DNA from: a virus
Lineage: Duplodnaviria; Caudoviricetes
Reading direction: 5' to 3' (one strand)
DNA: 31,339 nt
Virus record (IMG/VR): IMGVR_UViG_3300016476_000531
Location: 1 to 31,339 of that record
The translations under genes were made by a program, and so were the position numbers. The notes below the pieces were generated by a model. That model ran no database searches and was not told the origin of the DNA. It saw only the letters and a list, made by a program, of their open reading frames with translations. Below, piece by piece: positions 15,639 to 23,947 of the stretch. The first letter of the stretch is position 1. The number at the start of each line of letters is the position of its first letter.

Positions 15639-16138
15639 GAGAAGCGCACCGAGAGGGCAGGGGGTTGATTGGAAAGCATGGCGCCGGGAATGGCCTCGCC
15701 GCTCTTGAGCGAAGCCTTGAGGGCGTTCTTGTCGGGCACCGGCGGCGGCTGCTTGAGGAAGATCGCCGGAAGCGCCGCCTGATCTGTGATCTCGACAGAG
15801 GGCGGCGAGGGGCGGATTGACAGCGTCGCAGCCGGCGTCTTGAGGCTGGTCAGCTCGGCCGTCTCCATGGCCGCCTGGATGGCATCACGGATGCCTTGGG
15901 CGCGCTCGCAGTGCCGCGTGAGGCGGGCCTTGAGCTTGGCAATGGCAATCTCGATGCCTTCCTTTTCGCCCTCGACCGCGGCCAGCTCAAGGCTGGCCTT
16001 GACGATGGCTTCGTGGAGTCCGGTCTCCCCTTCCACCATGTCCCGCAGTAAATCCGCGTCCTCGCCATAGGTGGCAATGAGCTTCTCCTTCAGCCGCTGG
16101 GCGGCCTCCATTTCGAGATGCAGCTTGCGGTCAGCCAT
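15635..16138 (-). CDS. Siphovirus Gp157-family protein
   Basis: Coiled-coil N-terminus, then TLSIR..PPSVEI.D...LP..F...PDK..LK..LK.G..IPGA. Adjacent to ERF. Confidence 0.85.
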   Translation of the reverse strand: MADRKLHLEMEAAQRLKEKLIATYGEDADLLRDMVEGETGLHEAIVKASLELAAVEGEKEGIEIAIAKLKARLTRHCERAQGIRDAIQAAMETAELTSLKTPAATLSIRPSPPSVEITDQAALPAIFLKQPPPVPDKNALKASLKSGEAIPGAMLSNQPPALSVRFS

Positions 16139-16202
16139 AGATGCCGCCTCCGATGACCATGATGAGGAAGATGCTGGTGCAGATGAGATAATCGCGGAGC
16201 AT
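16131..16202 (-). CDS. 23-aa hydrophobic peptide MLRDYLICTSIFLIMVIGGGIYG
   Basis: Manual translation. TGATG overlap with the upstream gene, overlaps the gp157 start, and exactly fills the gap. Confidence 0.55.
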   Translation of the reverse strand: MLRDYLICTSIFLIMVIGGGIYG

Positions 16203-16405
16203 CACGCTGCCTCCGTCTCGGGCTGGGTTTCGACCTTGCGCGTCCTGACGAGCACGTAACCAAGGGCATTGGCCGTCTCAGTCAATTCCTCGACAGCAAG
16301 CTTCAGCCAAGCGTCATTGGACTTGCAGTCGATCTCGCAGGCAGCGGCCATCGCAAGGTGACGCGCGGCCAGTGACGCCTTGATGCTTGAAAGGTGGATG
16401 TCCAT
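16202..16405 (-). CDS. Hypothetical protein
   Basis: TAATG overlap with the upstream gene. Confidence 0.65.
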   Translation of the reverse strand: MDIHLSSIKASLAARHLAMAAACEIDCKSNDAWLKLAVEELTETANALGYVLVRTRKVETQPETEAA

Positions 16406-16764
16406 TACAGCACCGACGCGTGATAGTCGGCGCGGAGGTCAGCCGCCGACGCCATCTCGATCTCGCCGCTCATGATCAGCGAACCGACGAGCTGCTCTTC
16501 AATGTGCTCCTTGTCGGCATAGTGGAGGAACACAGGGCGCAGCTCATCTGGGCACCAGTGCTCGGCGATCTTCTTGCGGGTCCACACTTGGGCGGTGTCA
16601 TCCCATGCGGCGCGCTCGTCGTCGAAACGAAAATCGCGGATGTACCAGTCGGCCAGGGCGCCGTCCTCGATCTGGTACTCGACCTCGGCAACGCAGTCCT
16701 TTTCGAGGATGCAAACGTCACCCAGCATCGCGGTGACGGTGGTGTCGATGTAGGCAGTTGGCAT
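16405..16764 (-). CDS. Acidic hypothetical protein, first gene of the pL operon
   Basis: RBS GGAGG. Directly downstream of pL. Confidence 0.75.
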   Translation of the reverse strand: MPTAYIDTTVTAMLGDVCILEKDCVAEVEYQIEDGALADWYIRDFRFDDERAAWDDTAQVWTRKKIAEHWCPDELRPVFLHYADKEHIEEQLVGSLIMSGEIEMASAADLRADYHASVL

Positions 16765-16790
16765 GTCGGCCTCCCTTGTTGGTGAGGCAG

Positions 16791-16856
16791 ATTATGCACA
16801 ACGCATAATATTGCGTCAACTGCAAACCGCATAATTAGCGCATAATGTTTATGCGC
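16791..16856 (-). promoter_or_regulatory. pL promoter and left operators
   Basis: Minus-strand TTGACG(16819-16814)-N17-CATAAT(16796-16791). Operator palindrome ATTATGC-N5-GCATAAT at 16791-16809, degenerate copy at 16817-16835, and further GCATAA/TTATGC half-sites to 16856. Confidence 0.85.
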
Positions 16857-16876
16857 CGTAGAATCGGCGGTGGAAA

Positions 16877-17584
16877 TCAGGCGCGCCGGTAGTAGCCCAG
16901 CACTTTGCCGACCACGGCAATCTCCTCGCCGTCCTTCATGTCAGCTTCTTTGATCAGAATGGGTTTGTGTGCGGAGTTGGTACTGTCTGGCGCCAAGTGC
17001 AGTGTGCCTTTCGGACTGGCTTTCACAACCTTGATTGTGGCCTCAAAGAGACCTGCTCTGCGGCGCTCCACAATCACAACATCTTCGGGTTGCACGGGCC
17101 CGTGCCATTCCACGCAGACGGCATATTCGCCAGGCTTCGCGCGACGGTCAATGGAGTCGCCTTGAATCTCCAGCGCGAACTGGAGATGCCGAGGGAAACG
17201 GGCGTCCGCCGAAATGGGCAGCGTAGAGAGTTCGCTTTCGGGCGCATAGGTCTCCTGCCATATGCCGGCCCGCACAAATCCTTTCACAGGCATTCCATCC
17301 CCGTCAACGATCGGCGCTAATTTGGTGGAGTGTTCACTTCTGGGCTGAACAGTTTTGCGGCCCGTGAGGAGATATTCAAGAGAAATATTAAAGTATTTAG
17401 CATAACGCATGGCTGCGTCGCGCCGTAACCCTCGAGAACCATTCTCGTGCGCCGCATAGGTCTGATAATTCACACCCATAGCCTGCGCTGCCTCTGCGGC
17501 TGTGGCGAATATTCTCTCGCGTGCCGCCTTCAAGCGTTCGTGAACTTCCATATTGTCATGCTCTTGCGCTAATTCCTCCGTCAT
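16877..17584 (-). CDS. cI: CI-type repressor (XRE HTH + S24 autopeptidase)
   Basis: HTH (AEAAQAMGVNYQTYAAHENGSR), Ala-Gly cleavage site (VRAG), catalytic S (GDSI) and K (ATIK). Alternative start at 17551. Confidence 0.92.
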   Translation of the reverse strand: MTEELAQEHDNMEVHERLKAARERIFATAAEAAQAMGVNYQTYAAHENGSRGLRRDAAMRYAKYFNISLEYLLTGRKTVQPRSEHSTKLAPIVDGDGMPVKGFVRAGIWQETYAPESELSTLPISADARFPRHLQFALEIQGDSIDRRAKPGEYAVCVEWHGPVQPEDVVIVERRRAGLFEATIKVVKASPKGTLHLAPDSTNSAHKPILIKEADMKDGEEIAVVGKVLGYYRRA

Positions 17585-17613
17585 CTTTACTGGTCCGTTC
17601 TCTGCGTTAGGCG

Positions 17614-17642
17614 TTGACTTGATTATGCGAAACGCCTACAAA
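17614..17642 (+). promoter_or_regulatory. pR promoter with operator
   Basis: TTGACT(17614)-N17-TACAAA. Operator ATTATGCGAAACGCCTACA (17622-17640) resembles the left operators. Confidence 0.7.
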
Positions 17643-17649
17643 TGCATAC

Positions 17650-17829
17650 ATGACCTATGCGTTTGACCTGAAGATGCTTCGCAAGAAGCTCAATCTAACT
17701 CAGTCGCAACTGGCTGAAAAGATTGGCGTAAATCTCGCCACAGTATGGCGTTGGGAGAACGAAGGCATACCCCAGAGGGGGACTGCCCGCGCATATTTGG
17801 ACAAGCTGGCCGAAGAGGCCGCACAGTGA
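17650..17829 (+). CDS. cro: Cro-like XRE HTH regulator (59 aa, absent from the ORF track)
   Basis: Manual translation MTYAFDLKMLRKKLNLTQSQLAEKIGVNLATVWRWENEGIPQRGTARAYLDKLAEEAAQ*. Divergent from cI. Confidence 0.9.
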   Translation: MTYAFDLKMLRKKLNLTQSQLAEKIGVNLATVWRWENEGIPQRGTARAYLDKLAEEAAQ

Positions 17830-17927
17830 ACCCCGCCGGCTGCTCCATCCCAACTAGCAGGCAGCAAGCGCACCTCCCGCGCGGCGGCAACTTGGCCCGC
17901 GTCAACACCCAGAACGCGGGCCATTCT

Positions 17928-18095
17928 TCATTGCTCCGTCAGCTTGCGGATGATCTCCGCGCTGATGGCTCCGATCGAGACGAAGCCTGGGCCTCCCTCC
18001 GGGCGCGTAGGGCGGGTGCGGCGATCCATAGGCACATTCTCCGGTGTGCCGAGTCGCATCCGCCTTCTCTTCTTCAAGCTGATGACGTTGCTCAT
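17928..18095 (-). CDS. Small basic antisense protein (55 aa)
   Basis: Strong RBS AAGGAGG before the ATG at 18095. MSNVISLKKRRR...FVSIGAISAEIIRKL. Confidence 0.6.
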   Translation of the reverse strand: MSNVISLKKRRRMRLGTPENVPMDRRTRPTRPEGGPGFVSIGAISAEIIRKLTEQ

Positions 18096-18174
18096 GTGGT
18101 CCTCCTTTCTGTCCGTAAATTTACTGAAGACCGCATCCTGAGCGGCGGAAACATCGTCCGCGCATGAGGAAAGC

Positions 18175-18537
18175 ATGACGACTGCTGAACAGGTTCAGGA
18201 CGAGATCAGCGCGCTGCTTCGGCAGCTCGCAAGCCCGAGCGAGCCGGGCGAGTCAGTGAAAGCGTGCATTCGGAGAGCCGCGCGTAACAGCGGCCTCACA
18301 TTCAACCAGGCACGTCATGGGTGGTATCGCGAATGGAAAAACATTCCCGCCCATGTCGCAGATCAGATCAGGGAACGGGCGGCAGAGCATGACCGAAAAC
18401 TCAAGCAGGCAGCATTTCAAACTCTTCTGGCGATGCAAAAAAGCGACCCGGAACTGTTTCGCGAAAGCATTGAGGCACTGGGCGATATTCTGCATCGACA
18501 GGGCGAAGGCCGCCGTGCTTCTGGCGGATCGCGTTGA
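18175..18537 (+). CDS. CII-like HTH regulator
   Basis: GESVKACIRRAARNSGLTFNQARHGWYRE motif. Located after cro. Confidence 0.7.
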   Translation: MTTAEQVQDEISALLRQLASPSEPGESVKACIRRAARNSGLTFNQARHGWYREWKNIPAHVADQIRERAAEHDRKLKQAAFQTLLAMQKSDPELFRESIEALGDILHRQGEGRRASGGSR

Positions 18538-18556
18538 GCGTCGGGCCTGAGCGCAG

Positions 18557-18934
18557 ATGAAAACCCGGCTGCACCTCATCAACCTTCCTCCCTCGACAAA
18601 CGCCATCTGGCGTCATGGCAAGGGCGGCCAGACCTATCGCGCGCCAGCCTATGTGAAGTGGCTTGGCGGCGAGGGCTGGAACCTCAAGGCGCAGCTCGCG
18701 AAGCAGCACAGGTTCACCGGCCCTGTGTTCGTGACGCTCGCCATGCGCCGCCCGCGGGCCAACGCCGACCTCGACAATAGGAGTAAGGCCGCCCTCGACC
18801 TTCTCCAGCACGTCGGCGCCATCGCCAACGACAAGGATGTCGTGCGGCTCGAGATGTTTTGGACGGAAGCCTTGCCCGCCGGGATCGCCGCGGAGGTGAG
18901 CATCACGGAATCGACCTCGCGCGTCGCGGCCTGA
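18557..18934 (+). CDS. rusA: RusA-family Holliday junction resolvase
   Basis: LPPSTN..WR...DLDNRSKAALDLL...IANDK.V. Confidence 0.9.
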   Translation: MKTRLHLINLPPSTNAIWRHGKGGQTYRAPAYVKWLGGEGWNLKAQLAKQHRFTGPVFVTLAMRRPRANADLDNRSKAALDLLQHVGAIANDKDVVRLEMFWTEALPAGIAAEVSITESTSRVAA

Positions 18935-18984
18935 CAGTTCCCCAAGCCGGCAGGGGTTGATGCTGGCATTCAGAAGGTAGTTCT

Positions 18985-20067
18985 ATGTTTAATCGGAACG
19001 AGATTGCTGTCGTGAAAGGCATGCTTGCCCGCGGTGACAAGCAGCACAGCATTGCAGCGCATTTCAACTGCAATGCCGGGCGCATTGCGGAGATTGCTAC
19101 TGGCAAAGTGGGGTCTGCCGTTGAGGCGGCTCCTGCGAATGAGTTGCCGTCAACGGCTCCGATGAAGCGGTTCTTCACGCCTGGCATGCCGCTCCAAGAG
19201 CAAATCGCTGTGTTTGACTCTCTCGCCAAGCAGGGCCCGTTCGACGTGGCCCGCGCGCATTATGTCAGCCCCGAGCTGGCCGAATACATCCTGCAGCAGT
19301 TTAACACGACAGGCACGGGGAAGCCGGGCAATCGTCCCAAGCGCGCCAACAACATTGGGCGTTTTGCTGACGACATGCGAGACGATTGTTGGGGCCTGAC
19401 CGGCGAGACACTGATCTTCAGCAGGCCCCCGGTTCGTCTTATTGATGGCCAACACAGGCTTGCGGCTTGTGTCAGCGCGGGCGTGGGGTTCAAGACCTTC
19501 ATCGTCTTCGGCATCGACTACGGCGAGTTCACCAAGATCAACACCGGGGCCAAGAAGACGAATGCAGATGCTTTGGCCATGCGCGGCGTTGAAGACCCCA
19601 GCGTCGTAGCTGCAGCGATCCGGTGGGCGCATCTTCTATCTCACAATGCCTTGGACCGCAGCGCACTTTCCAATGAGTTTGTAGTCGAGTTCTACGACTC
19701 TCTGAAAAAGGATGGAAAGCATGACCTGATGCACTCCTTCTGCGACCTTGCGCGCGACATCACCAAGGTGACGAAGGTGCAGTCCAAAGTCCCATATTCA
19801 CCGGGCCAGCTTGCTGGCGTGCTTTTTACCCTGAACAGTCGCGATGCCAAGGTTACTCAGAAGTTTGCTGATGCTCTGTTTTTCGGGAAGGGAGCCGGAA
19901 AGGTCTTGACCACCAAGCTCGTCAAGATTCTCGAGCATGGCCGCATTCATGACGTTGCTCGGGCTGCGATGCTGATCAAGGCTTGGAATTTTGTGAAGCA
20001 GGGCGAGACCCCTAGCCCGGGCAAGCTGACGTGGGACGCCGAGAAAGAAGACTTCCCCAGCTTTTAA
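18985..20067 (+). CDS. HTH + ParB-like (DGQHR) domain protein
   Basis: N-terminal HTH (KQHSIAAHFNCNAGRIAEI), then NRP.....RFADDM...W...GETLIF...LIDGQHRL. Confidence 0.75.
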   Translation: MFNRNEIAVVKGMLARGDKQHSIAAHFNCNAGRIAEIATGKVGSAVEAAPANELPSTAPMKRFFTPGMPLQEQIAVFDSLAKQGPFDVARAHYVSPELAEYILQQFNTTGTGKPGNRPKRANNIGRFADDMRDDCWGLTGETLIFSRPPVRLIDGQHRLAACVSAGVGFKTFIVFGIDYGEFTKINTGAKKTNADALAMRGVEDPSVVAAAIRWAHLLSHNALDRSALSNEFVVEFYDSLKKDGKHDLMHSFCDLARDITKVTKVQSKVPYSPGQLAGVLFTLNSRDAKVTQKFADALFFGKGAGKVLTTKLVKILEHGRIHDVARAAMLIKAWNFVKQGETPSPGKLTWDAEKEDFPSF

Positions 20068-20075
20068 CGTCAGTG

Positions 20076-20100
20076 GCGGCAGCGGTTCGGCCGCTGCCGC
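20076..20100. terminator. GC-rich intergenic hairpin (10-bp stem, no clear U tract)
   Basis: GCGGCAGCGG-TTCGG-CCGCTGCCGC. Confidence 0.45.
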
Positions 20101-20121
20101 ATATCCCATGCGGAGGCATTC

Positions 20122-21264
20122 ATGATCCACCAGATTGACGGGCATCCCTACGCAAACCTCTTTCCCACGATGGGAGACTCTGAGTTTGAAAAGCTGAAGC
20201 AGGACATTCTGGTAAATGGTGTTCGTCAGCCCATCGTCATGTATCAGGGGCTGATCCTCGACGGGCGGCATCGCTTCGCCGCCTGCACCGATCTCCTCAA
20301 GACGTGCCCACAGGTGCAGTTCGAAGGCGATGATGCGGCTGCGCTGGCATTTGTCATCTCGACCAATCTTCACCGCCGCCATCTTGATGAGTCGCAGCGC
20401 GCCTGGGTGGCGAGCAAGTTAGCGAACATGCGGCAGGGGGAGAGGACGGACATTGTGGAAATTTCCACAAAGTCTGTTTCCCAAGCCGATGCCGCCAAGA
20501 TGCTGAACGTCAGCCGAGAGAGTGTGAATAAGGCGAAAGCTGTCCGCGACCACGGCGTGAGAGAACTGCACGAGAAGGTCGAGAAGGGCGAAGTTGCTGT
20601 TTCGGTTGCTTCCAAGATTGCCAAGCTGCCCGAGAGCACGCAGCGCGAGATACTGAAGGACGAGCGCCCGGAGCAGGCCATCAAGAAGGTGGCTCGCGCC
20701 GAGAAGGAAAAGGCACTAGCCGAGAAGACGATCAGTGTCTCGCTCGCATCCGAGGCCCGTCGCTACGGCGTCGTGTACGCAGATCCGCCCTGGCGCTTTG
20801 AGACCTTCAGCGAGAACGGCATGGACCGCTCGGCTGACAACCATTACCCCACGATGGATCTCGAGGCGATTAAGGCCCTGCCGATCCCCGCGGCGGCAGA
20901 CAGCGTTCTCTATCTCTGGGCCACGGCACCTATGCTTCCCGAAGCTCTGGAGGTCATGCAGGCCTGGGGCTTCACCTACAAGAGCCATGCCGTGTGGTCG
21001 AAGGACAGGGCAGGGACGGGATACTGGTTCCGCAACAAGCACGAGCTGCTGCTGGTCGGCACCAGGGGCAATGTCCCGGCGCCGGCGCCTGGCACGCAGC
21101 TTCCCTCGATCTTGGAATCGCCTCTGGGGCGTCACAGCGAAAAGCCCGCGCTCTTTGCAGAGATGATCGAGCAGCTCTTCCCGAACACCCCAAAGATCGA
21201 ATTGTTCTGCCGCTCTCCGCGCGCCGGCTGGGCTGCTTACGGCAATGAAGCGGAGGCCGCATGA
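20122..21264 (+). CDS. ParB-N domain fused to MT-A70-family N6-adenine methyltransferase
   Basis: HPYANLFP...PIV...ILDGRHRF...NLHRRHL at the N-terminus. VVYADPPW, HYPTM, WGF.YK, HELLL.G, HSEKP and IELFCR at the C-terminus. Confidence 0.9.
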   Translation: MIHQIDGHPYANLFPTMGDSEFEKLKQDILVNGVRQPIVMYQGLILDGRHRFAACTDLLKTCPQVQFEGDDAAALAFVISTNLHRRHLDESQRAWVASKLANMRQGERTDIVEISTKSVSQADAAKMLNVSRESVNKAKAVRDHGVRELHEKVEKGEVAVSVASKIAKLPESTQREILKDERPEQAIKKVARAEKEKALAEKTISVSLASEARRYGVVYADPPWRFETFSENGMDRSADNHYPTMDLEAIKALPIPAAADSVLYLWATAPMLPEALEVMQAWGFTYKSHAVWSKDRAGTGYWFRNKHELLLVGTRGNVPAPAPGTQLPSILESPLGRHSEKPALFAEMIEQLFPNTPKIELFCRSPRAGWAAYGNEAEAA

Positions 21265-21566
21265 CTGACACGTTAACCGACACCTATCCGCACCGGGCAG
21301 GCTTCAAGGAGCCTACCACCAGCAAGGAGGCCGCCAAGGCGATCGACGCCAAGGGCAGGGCGGCCACGCTCCGTGATGCCGTTCTGGCCTTCTTCCAGGG
21401 CGGCCGGAATGCCACGGCTGACGAGGTAGCCGAGGCTCTGAAGGAAAGCCCGCTTTCGGTGCGCCCGCGCGTTGCCGAGCTGAAGGCCGCCGGCAAGGTT
21501 ATCGAGACCGGCCTGCGCCACAAATCATCGGCGGGACGCCCTTCGCACGTCTGGAGGGCCGCATGA
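21261..21566 (+). CDS. Winged-HTH DNA-binding protein
   Basis: TTSKEAA...TADEVA..L....LSVRPRVAELK..G.V..TG.R. Confidence 0.75.
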   Translation: MTDTLTDTYPHRAGFKEPTTSKEAAKAIDAKGRAATLRDAVLAFFQGGRNATADEVAEALKESPLSVRPRVAELKAAGKVIETGLRHKSSAGRPSHVWRAA

Positions 21567-21778
21567 GCGACACCCGCTGCACTGACTGCGAATGGATGCA
21601 GGCAGACAATCAGATGCGCCGCCGCTGCTACAGCCCCCAGCTTCGCCGCCTCGGTGCCGCTGGCATCCTCATCAACTTTGAGCGCGATGACACCGTCGAA
21701 GATGGTCGCAGCCATGGCGAAGGAACGGGCAAGTGTGGGCCTCAGAAACTGAACTGGCGCAAGAAGGAGGGCCTGTGA
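21563..21778 (+). CDS. Small Cys-rich hypothetical protein
   Basis: CTDC...C.SP...ER...CGP motif. ATGA overlap. Confidence 0.7.
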   Translation: MSDTRCTDCEWMQADNQMRRRCYSPQLRRLGAAGILINFERDDTVEDGRSHGEGTGKCGPQKLNWRKKEGL

Positions 21779-22376
21779 TGCAGTGGACCGAGGACGCCAT
21801 TCGGAACGCCTTGGACGGCCATTTCTACACGATCAGCCACGAAGGCCGGGTCGCGGTCGTCGACACGCTGGGAGGGCTCTCAAGCCCGGCCGCGGCACAT
21901 ACCGCGCTTGGGATTCCGACGCGCTTCGAGAGTTGTGGAAGCTGAAGCGTGATGGCCACACGATCGACGAGATCGAAGGCATCACGGGCCGTGACCGCCG
22001 CAGCATCTCGGAGCAGTGGAGCAAGCGCCGCCGGTGGGCACCGGCATTGATTGCCATGACCAACATGCCGGCGAACATCTACGACATCCGCCGCGTGGTT
22101 TGCGCCGTCTACCAAGTCGGCAAGCACGACTTCTGCAGCCACACGCGCATCCGCAAGGTCTGCGACGCCCGTCAGGTCTACTACTGGATCGCCCGGAAGT
22201 TCACCACCCGGTCAACGACGCAAATCGGGGAGGCGGCTGGAGGGCGGGACCACAGCACGATCTTGCATGGCGTGGAGAAGGTGTCGGCTAATTACGAATA
22301 CTTCCGCCCGCATATCGAGCTCGCGCTGATGGATCTCGGCCTCGAGATGCCGAAGCAGGGAAGGGCGGCGGCATGA
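21778..22376 (+). CDS. DnaA domain-IV (C-terminal HTH) protein, with an apparent -1 frameshift near 21870
   Basis: C-terminal R..V.DARQV.YWIARKFT.RS.TQIG...GGRDHSTILHG. The ATG with AAGGAGG RBS at 21778 is out of frame with this domain. Confidence 0.75.
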
Positions 22377-23221
22377 GCTATTCAGCAATGGCATGGGCTC
22401 GCGGAATCAAGACTGGGTCTCCTACGGCCAAGTCGGTTCTGTTGGCCATTGCCAACTATGCGGATGAGGAAGGCATTTGCTGGCCATCCCAGGACCAGCT
22501 CGCCGATGACACCGAGCTGTCGCGCCATTCCATCATGCGCGCCATCGATCATCTCGAGGAGCTTGGGCTCCTGAGCCGGGAGCGCCGCCACCGCAAAGAT
22601 GGGTCAAGATCTTCTGACCTCATCATGCTTGACCTAAGTAGCACAGTGCTACGTAGCACACAGCAACGTAGCAATGAGCAACGTAGCACACAGCAACAGC
22701 CAAAGTCGCACAGTGCTACAGCAGAACCTATCACTGAACCTTCAAATATACCTTCTCGAGCGCGCGGTGCGAAACCGAAGGGCGAGGAACACCTCGCCTT
22801 TGATGCCTACAACGATCTCGCCTCGGAGCTTGGTCTGGCAAAGGCCCAGGCTCTTACCGATGAGCGCAAAACCCGCATCCGCCAGCGCCTCAACGACTGC
22901 GGCGGCCTCACCGGGTGGTTGGATGCCCTTGGCAAGATCAGGGGCAGCCCGTTCCTGTGCGGCGACAATGACCGCGGCTGGAAAGCCAGCCTCGACTTCC
23001 TGCTTCAGAAAGCCAGTTTCACTCGCCTCATGGAGGGCAGTTATGACAGATCAAACGCCAATCGACGGGTTCAGCAAGGTTCAAAACCCTCTCTCCGTGA
23101 CGGGTTCGCAATGCTCGATGCCGTCACTGACGAAGCCATCCGCCGCGCAGATGGACACGGCGCGGAAGGCAGCGAAGAAGATTTTGGGTGGATACCCGGA
23201 CTACGGCAAAGCGCCGCCTGA
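22373..23221 (+). CDS. Phage replication initiator (O-like, N-terminal wHTH)
   Basis: AKSVLLAIANYADEEG.CWPSQ..LA.DT.LSR.S...L.E.GL. Internal iterons. C-terminal SPFL.G.N.RGWKASLDFL..EG.Y domain. Confidence 0.88.
   Translation: MSYSAMAWARGIKTGSPTAKSVLLAIANYADEEGICWPSQDQLADDTELSRHSIMRAIDHLEELGLLSRERRHRKDGSRSSDLIMLDLSSTVLRSTQQRSNEQRSTQQQPKSHSATAEPITEPSNIPSRARGAKPKGEEHLAFDAYNDLASELGLAKAQALTDERKTRIRQRLNDCGGLTGWLDALGKIRGSPFLCGDNDRGWKASLDFLLQKASFTRLMEGSYDRSNANRRVQQGSKPSLRDGFAMLDAVTDEAIRRADGHGAEGSEEDFGWIPGLRQSAA
22637..22718 (+). repeat. Replication origin iterons (15-bp units)
   Basis: AGTAGCACAGTGCTA, CGTAGCACACAGCAA, CGTAGCAATGAGCAA and CGTAGCACACAGCAA in tandem (22637-22696), plus AGTCGCACAGTGCTA at 22704. 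Confidence 0.8.
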
Positions 23222-23687
23222 GTACGTCATCAACTTTGCGGAAGCCTTGTCATATTTGACGGCGGAAGAGATGGCGGCGGTGACGGACCCTCGCAACGGC
23301 GTTGCCAGCCGCTGCCAGTATCTGCCGACCATTGCCGATCTCCACGCCTTGCTGCGGGAACGAAAGGAAAAAGCCGAGCAATTCAAGCCAGCCCATACGA
23401 ACTACCGCCGCCTAAACGAAGACAAAGGCCCGTGGGATCAAGAAACGGACTTCGAGCGCAAGCGCCGAGTGGTCACGGAGTGCTTGGGCTACAACCCCGA
23501 TGACCGTGGGAGGCCCGCCGAGAAGCGCATTTTCACGGCCCCGGACGAGGCCACTGTCCGCAATTTGAAGCTCAAGACGCCGCCCGCTGGCCCGTCGCCA
23601 TACCTGATCGCGTTGCTTCAGGAACAGGGCTGGCCGTTTATCCCGACTGAGAACAAAACAGAAACGAATGATGGGCAAGCAGCATGA
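23043..23687 (+). CDS. Replication accessory / helicase-loader-like protein (start uncertain: 23043, 23118 or 23151)
   Basis: ILGGYPD...GVASRCQYLPTIADL motif, directly after the initiator. GGAGG RBS before the ATG at 23043. Confidence 0.65.
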   Translation: MTDQTPIDGFSKVQNPLSVTGSQCSMPSLTKPSAAQMDTARKAAKKILGGYPDYGKAPPEYVINFAEALSYLTAEEMAAVTDPRNGVASRCQYLPTIADLHALLRERKEKAEQFKPAHTNYRRLNEDKGPWDQETDFERKRRVVTECLGYNPDDRGRPAEKRIFTAPDEATVRNLKLKTPPAGPSPYLIALLQEQGWPFIPTENKTETNDGQAA

Positions 23688-23947
23688 CGCAGACTCTTTC
23701 CAATTCCGCCGGCCACCTCAAGAGCCTCATTGAACGCATCGAGCGTCTCGAGGAAGACAAGGCCGCCATCTCTGCCGACATCAAGGAGGTCTACCAGGAG
23801 GCTAAATCCACCGGCTTCGACACCAAGATCATGCGGCTGCTCGTCAGGCTCCGCAAGAAGTCGGCAGAGGAGCGCCTTGAGGAAGAAACTCTGCTCGAGG
23901 TCTACATGAATGCCATGGGCATGACACCGCAAGAGGAGTCCGCATGA
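23684..23947 (+). CDS. gapR: GapR / DUF2312 nucleoid-associated protein
   Basis: LKSLIERIERLEEDKAAISADIKEVYQEAKSTGFDTKIMR.LVRLRK...R.EEE.LL..Y..A.GM. Confidence 0.92.
   Translation: MTQTLSNSAGHLKSLIERIERLEEDKAAISADIKEVYQEAKSTGFDTKIMRLLVRLRKKSAEERLEEETLLEVYMNAMGMTPQEESA

Noticed and set aside
17745-18167. 140-aa plus-strand ORF after cro
   Set aside because: Overlaps cro out of frame, has no RBS, and the opposite-strand 55-aa ORF has a much better RBS.
22637-22718. Short repeats as a possible CRISPR array
   Set aside because: 15-bp tandem units with no spacers, in frame within the initiator gene. Better explained as iterons.
22674-23042. N-terminal extension of the 337-aa ORF 22674..23687
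   Set aside because: Lies wholly within the initiator gene, has S/A/P-rich off-frame composition and no RBS.
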